DNA of 47,381 nucleotides, taken from positions 1 through 47,381 of the forward strand of contig JABDJX010000103.1 of NCBI GenBank assembly GCA_013003245.1, read 5' to 3'. Of this stretch, positions 43,716 to 47,381 are shown piece after piece. The notes under the pieces were generated by a model. That model made no database searches. It worked only from the letters and a program-made list of their open reading frames with translations, and was not told where the DNA came from. The stretch comes from Silicimonas sp. (lineage in GTDB: Bacteria > Pseudomonadota > Alphaproteobacteria > Rhodobacterales > Rhodobacteraceae). Each line of letters opens with the position of its first letter. The first letter of the stretch is position 1. The position numbers were made by a program, and so were the translations under genes.

Positions 43716-44753
43716 ATGAGAACCATCACCGCCCACGCCGCCAAGGACCTGCGCATCGAAGAGCACGATGACCCTTTGCCCGGGCCGGGACAAGTGCTGA
43801 TACACCTCGAACGTGGAGGCATCTGCGGCTCGGATCTGCACTACTTCAACCATGGTGGCTTTGGCACCGTACGCCTGAAGGAGCCGATGATCCTTGGGCA
43901 CGAAGTCGCGGGCAGTGTCGCCGGCGTCGGCGACGGCGTTACAGGTCTGATCGAAGGCCAGTTGGTGGCTGTGTCCCCGTCGCGCCCTTGCGGGTCCTGT
44001 CGCTATTGTGTGGAAGGCAGCCAAAACCATTGCCTCAATATGCGGTTTTATGGGTCGGCCATGCCTTTCCCCCATATTCAGGGCGCCTTTCGCGAACGTT
44101 TGGTTGCTGATGCCGTGCAATGCGTGCCTGCGGACGGATTAACCAACGCCGAAGCGGCGATGGCAGAACCGCTGTCCGTCGTCCTGCACGCTGCAAAACA
44201 GGCCGGAGACCTGATGGGCAAGCGCGTGCTTGTTACCGGCTGTGGCCCGATCGGCCTTTTGGCTGTGACAGTCGCACGCACGGGCGGCGCACTCGAAATC
44301 ACTGCCACAGATGTTACCACCTTCACACTCGCAAAGGCTTCGGAAGTTGGCGCCGACCGCACGATCAATGTTGCCGATCAACCCGACGGGCTTGCGGGAT
44401 ATACGGCCGATAAGGGCCATTTCGATGTGCTTTTCGAGTGCAGCGGCATCGCTGCAGCACTTGCCGCTGCAATACCGGCGATGCGACCGAAAGGAACGAT
44501 CATCCAACTCGGCCTGGGGGGAGACATGACGCTTCCCGTTCAGATGATGACAGCGAAAGAACTATCGCTGAAGGGCTCATTCCGGTTCCACGAGGAGTTT
44601 GCAATTGCGGTCCAACTCATGAAGGCCAGACGCATAGACGTCGCGCCACTGGTTACACAGATTGTGCCGATGGCAGACGCGGTAAAAGCGTTTGAGACCG
44701 CGTCTGACCGCGGAACTGCGATCAAGGTGCATCTGGACTTTTCATCCCCCTGA
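43716..44753 (+). CDS. idnD: L-idonate 5-dehydrogenase (Zn-dependent MDR)
   Basis: 345 aa. Colinear with E. coli IdnD as I recall it: RGGICGSDLHYF, PMILGHEV, PCGSCRYC, MRFYGSAMPFPHIQGAF, SLKGSFRFHEEF. Confidence 0.85.
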   Translation: MRTITAHAAKDLRIEEHDDPLPGPGQVLIHLERGGICGSDLHYFNHGGFGTVRLKEPMILGHEVAGSVAGVGDGVTGLIEGQLVAVSPSRPCGSCRYCVEGSQNHCLNMRFYGSAMPFPHIQGAFRERLVADAVQCVPADGLTNAEAAMAEPLSVVLHAAKQAGDLMGKRVLVTGCGPIGLLAVTVARTGGALEITATDVTTFTLAKASEVGADRTINVADQPDGLAGYTADKGHFDVLFECSGIAAALAAAIPAMRPKGTIIQLGLGGDMTLPVQMMTAKELSLKGSFRFHEEFAIAVQLMKARRIDVAPLVTQIVPMADAVKAFETASDRGTAIKVHLDFSSP

Positions 44754-44828
44754 ATCCTGTCACATGATCAAAGCGCTTTGTGATGGCGCATTAAGCCCGG
44801 ACCAACCAATCCTAGCTTGGCGATTTCG

Positions 44829-44853
44829 CTTAAGTGCGCGGGATCGAACCACA
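44829..44853 (-). other. tRNA-like 3' fragment (T-arm plus acceptor-strand-like sequence), possible att remnant
   Basis: The minus strand reads TGTGG-TTCGATC-CCGCG-CACTTAA-G, a canonical GGTTCGATCC T-loop. No matching 5' acceptor strand, D arm, anticodon arm or CCA could be found by eye. Confidence 0.3.
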
Positions 44854-45108
44854 GGAAAGTTGGATATACAGTGCGCCCCAGTGCTTGACTACAATCAAGC
44901 AGGAACGATGGGAATGGCGCAGTGCCAACTTGACCAAACGTCGCAAACTGGACAACACAACATCATGACATTCTGAATTTCGAAGAGAGTGGCAGCCCGT
45001 AGGTCTGCCTAACTAGCTTCTCAAGACGTCTTGCACCATCTCAAATAGTATTGAAAACACTGTATAAATGGGCAGTTCGCGTTTCAAGCTCTTGCAATTG
45101 GTCTCAAT

Positions 45109-45146
45109 CCTTCCCAACATCAATGTTGGGAAAAATGTTGGGAAGG
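45109..45146. repeat. three copies of the ATGTTGGGAA motif (one inverted, two direct) abutting the integrase start
   Basis: CCTTCCCAACAT (45109-45120), ATGTTGGGAA (45123-45132) and ATGTTGGGAAGG (45135-45146). The last copy contains the integrase Shine-Dalgarno GGAAGG. Confidence 0.6.
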
Positions 45147-45150
45147 CCGT

Positions 45151-46329
45151 ATGCCGAAGCTCACAGTCAAGAAAGTTGAGAGCCTGAGAAAGCCCGGATT
45201 TTACGGCGATGGTGAGGGACTTTATCTCAAGGTTGCATCAGCCGGATCGAAGTCATGGATTTTGCGAACCGTTGTTCAGGGACGTAGACGAGATTTGGGT
45301 CTCGGCTCGGCTTTCCTTGTGCCGCTTGCCGACGCCCGAACAAAGGCACGCGAGTTCCGCCGCATTGCGCGCGAAGGTGGTGATCCTGACACAATACGGA
45401 AACAGGAAACCCTTCGCTTTGAAGACGCCGCTCGGCGTGTCCATTCGAGCCTCTCGGAGACCTGGTGCAATGACAAACACTCAAGGGCTTGGCTCTCTTC
45501 CTTGGAACGTTATGTCTTTCCGAGATTCGGCAAGCGCCAGTTGCACACGATTGGAACGGCAGACATTCTCTCAGTCTTGGCTCCGATTTGGACCGAGAAG
45601 CACGAAACCGCGAAACGGTTGAAGCAGCGCCTTTCGACGATATTCGACTGGGCGAAAGGCGCTGGGCACTATCCGCACGAGAACCCTGTCAACGGCGTCA
45701 AGAAGGCGCTTCCAACGGTCAAGCAGCGACCGCAGCATATGGCGGCAATGGATTGGCGCGATCTGCCCGGGTTCATGGAAGACTTGTCTCGACGTGAAAG
45801 CATTTCGGCCCGGACACTCGAATTCCTGATATTGACTGCAAGTCGATCGGGTGAGGCACGCGGCGCTCGCTGGGAAGAGTTCGATCTAGATGCGCGTGAG
45901 TGGGTCGTCCCTGGTGAACGTATGAAGCGCGGCTTGCCCCACCGTGTGCCGCTCTCTGACTCCGCCATGGCGGTTCTGAGGCGTGTTAGGCAGATGGACC
46001 CTGTTTGGGTCTTCCCAAGCTCCTCTCGCGGCGCTCAGGGCGAAACAAGGCCGCAATCCGTCATGGTATTTAAATCCCTACTCAAGCGGATGGGCCGAGA
46101 AGGGTTCACAGTGCATGGGTTCCGATCCACTTTTCGCGACTGGTGCAGCGAAAGCGTTCGAGCGGAACGCGAGGTAGCCGAAGCGGCACTATCTCACGCC
46201 ACAGGCAACGAAGTCGAAAGGGCCTATGCACGAAGCGACTTGTTCGAACGGAGGCGCAGTTTGATGGGTTTGTGGGCGCAATATTCGTCCGGTCTTGTCG
46301 GAAGTGTTGTCCACATTGCAAGAGCCTGA
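45151..46329 (+). CDS. int: tyrosine-type site-specific integrase, P4-like (N-terminal arm-binding DUF4102-type domain)
   Basis: 392 aa: GLYLKVASAGSKSWILR N-terminus; catalytic signature TASRSGEARGARW (Arg), HGFRSTFRDW (HxxR), ERAYARSD (Tyr). Confidence 0.9.
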   Translation: MPKLTVKKVESLRKPGFYGDGEGLYLKVASAGSKSWILRTVVQGRRRDLGLGSAFLVPLADARTKAREFRRIAREGGDPDTIRKQETLRFEDAARRVHSSLSETWCNDKHSRAWLSSLERYVFPRFGKRQLHTIGTADILSVLAPIWTEKHETAKRLKQRLSTIFDWAKGAGHYPHENPVNGVKKALPTVKQRPQHMAAMDWRDLPGFMEDLSRRESISARTLEFLILTASRSGEARGARWEEFDLDAREWVVPGERMKRGLPHRVPLSDSAMAVLRRVRQMDPVWVFPSSSRGAQGETRPQSVMVFKSLLKRMGREGFTVHGFRSTFRDWCSESVRAEREVAEAALSHATGNEVERAYARSDLFERRRSLMGLWAQYSSGLVGSVVHIARA

Positions 46330-46339
46330 CGATCAAACC

Positions 46340-46987
46340 ATGCATTTCGATCCGGAAAAGTTCAAGGCACTCAGCGAAATCATTGAACGGAATCTTCCTG
46401 AAACGAATGTTGATGCTCCGCCGGAATGGTCCGGAGGGTTCGAAGGATTGATAGAGCGCCGTTCTGATGTCCTTGCTTCCACCATCTATACTGCCAGCGA
46501 ACTTGGACCAGATTTGCTGGGTGCTAGCGAATGCCGGATAGAGGCATCAGAGCTTTCGAAAGCGCTAAAATCGTCGCGAGTTGGACTGTCCAAATTATCG
46601 TCGTCGGACCGTCAAAAGCTACTGATCGCAATTGATCCTGGGCGAGACCAGACGGATTGCTTTGGGCGCATCGATGAACTGATTTCTGAGTTGCATGACC
46701 TGGAGCGCGCCGCCCAATCCGAGCAGTTCCAACGAATGAAGGGGCCAAAAACAAACCGAAACTGGGGATGGCGCGCCGCACAAGTAGCCTTTGCAGCGAA
46801 CTCCGTTTGGCAAAATGCTAGACCCAGCGATCCAGTTCGTAAGTCAGTAAATCATGATGCTCCTTCAAAGAGATTTGGTGAGTTCTTGACGGAAGTTCTT
46901 AACTGGGCAGGTGAAAAATCATCTGCGTCAGTTGCTCTTCGATCATTTGATAACTGGCGGAATTCACAGAAATCGCCATTTTCGTGA
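46340..46987 (+). CDS. hypothetical protein (island cargo)
   Basis: Open frame of 215 aa from ATG 46340. Track ORF 46295.. overlaps the integrase 3' end. No motif I recognise. Lower GC than the core genes. Confidence 0.5.
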   Translation: MHFDPEKFKALSEIIERNLPETNVDAPPEWSGGFEGLIERRSDVLASTIYTASELGPDLLGASECRIEASELSKALKSSRVGLSKLSSSDRQKLLIAIDPGRDQTDCFGRIDELISELHDLERAAQSEQFQRMKGPKTNRNWGWRAAQVAFAANSVWQNARPSDPVRKSVNHDAPSKRFGEFLTEVLNWAGEKSSASVALRSFDNWRNSQKSPFS

Positions 46988-47058
46988 TTTGCTGTTTATG
47001 ACTGCGTCCTTGAACTGAGGTATCTCACCTCGCAGCAAACAATCGCGAGGTGTCTTAG

Positions 47059-47256
47059 ATGACTTCTGAATTGCAAGATGTGCTTATCCGCGACGGCGAT
47101 GCGGCTGACCTGCTTGGCTGCTCAAAGGCGACGTTTTGGCGTCGTGTAGCGGATGGCACGATCCCGAAACCGGTGAAGATCGGCGGCATGAGCCGTTGGC
47201 CGCGTTCCGAGATTGTTGCCGTGATCGAGGCGGCAAAAGCCAAGCGGTTTGTCTAA
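47059..47256 (+). CDS. alpA: AlpA-family phage/island transcriptional regulator or excisionase (MerR-like HTH)
   Basis: 65 aa: LIRDGDAADLLGCSKATFWRRVADGTIPKPVKIGGMSRWPRSEI, matching the AlpA/Xis HTH pattern. Confidence 0.8.
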   Translation: MTSELQDVLIRDGDAADLLGCSKATFWRRVADGTIPKPVKIGGMSRWPRSEIVAVIEAAKAKRFV

Positions 47257-47260
47257 GAGA

Positions 47261-47381
47261 TGGCAAGTTATCGCGCCTTTGGGATGATTAGCACCCGGAT
47301 TTGGCAGAGCGACAATTTTTGTTCAGTCGACTCGCTTGATGCGAGACTTTCATATTTTTGGATGCACACAAGCTACAAGAC
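47261..47381 (+). CDS. 5' end of an unknown island ORF, truncated by the window edge
   Basis: An ATG 4 nt after the alpA stop. My translation MASYRAFGMISTRIWQSDNFCSVDSLDARLSYFWMHTSYK is open to the end of the window. Confidence 0.3.

Larger units (their letters stand above)
44829..47381 (+). mobile_element. left end of an integrative element/genomic island; it continues beyond the window
   Basis: Visibly AT-richer junction after idnD, tRNA-like fragment, P4-type integrase, hypothetical gene, AlpA-type gene. The right boundary is not in the window. Confidence 0.6.

Noticed and set aside
44895-44966. 23-codon Cys-rich mini-ORF (MMLCCPVCDVWSSWHCAIPIVPA) on the minus strand
   Set aside because: It has no ribosome-binding site, sits in a junction region and is too short to separate from chance. 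Noted only in case ribosome profiling data exist.
44780-44990. An intact tRNA or an alphaproteobacterial two-piece tmRNA at the island junction
   Set aside because: Only a T-arm-like element is present. I found no acceptor pairing, no anticodon arm, no usable CCA context and no ANDN...AA-type tag reading frame on either strand.
1-47381. CRISPR arrays, IS elements or transposases, rRNA genes, toxin-antitoxin pairs or recognisable defence systems
   Set aside because: I saw no regularly spaced direct repeats, no transposase-like ORFs, no terminal inverted repeats and no small paired ORFs. The only mobile signature is the integrase/AlpA island at the right edge.

Overview
High-GC alphaproteobacterial chromosome, Rhodobacteraceae/roseobacter-like by gene content (inference). 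It is almost fully coding and dominated by catabolic operons fed by four separate TRAP transporters. In order: (1) a glycogen operon glgB-glgC-glgA-glgX on the minus strand (1-6440). (2) A divergent GntR/HutC regulator plus Gfo/Idh/MocA oxidoreductase facing an operon of SsuD-like LLM monooxygenase, aldo-keto reductase, flavin reductase and TRAP dctQMP (6541-14297). This resembles the sulfoquinovose monooxygenase (sulfo-ASMO) gene set but uses a TRAP importer. (3) TRAP dctPQM, a FadR-type GntR and an SDR, with three copies of an ACTAGTATACTAGT-type palindrome (14443-19196). (4) Quinone oxidoreductase and a VOC dioxygenase (19228-20918). (5) In the centre of the window, an uncharacterised operon: short citrate-synthase-fold 'citryl-CoA lyase-like' protein, family III CoA-transferase, YciI-like protein and TRAP dctPQM, divergent from an IclR regulator (20949-27312). 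(6) A large methoxy-aromatic/gallate meta-cleavage supercluster (27349-39753). It contains an amidohydrolase, a split LigB/LigA dioxygenase, a core-MetE-like Zn methyltransferase, a GntR, a LigM/DesA-type THF O-demethylase and TRAP dctPQM. These are followed by GalB-like hydratase, a type I extradiol dioxygenase, GalC-like aldolase and GalD-like tautomerase. (7) A 553-aa TPR protein of unknown function. (8) An L-idonate/5-ketogluconate module: LacI regulator, idnO, idnD and tandem operators. (9) The left end of an integrative island: AT-richer junction with a tRNA-like T-arm fragment, a P4-type tyrosine integrase, a hypothetical protein, an AlpA-type regulator and a truncated ORF. No rRNA, intact tRNA, CRISPR array or transposase was seen. 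Function calls rest on my reading of motifs in the translated ORFs, not on database searches. The best candidates for something undescribed are the central CoA-transferase/CS-fold lyase/YciI/TRAP operon and the non-canonical parts of the gallate cluster: the type I dioxygenase inside galBCD, the core-MetE next to the LigM-like demethylase, the split LigB-LigA pair and the 497-aa amidohydrolase.
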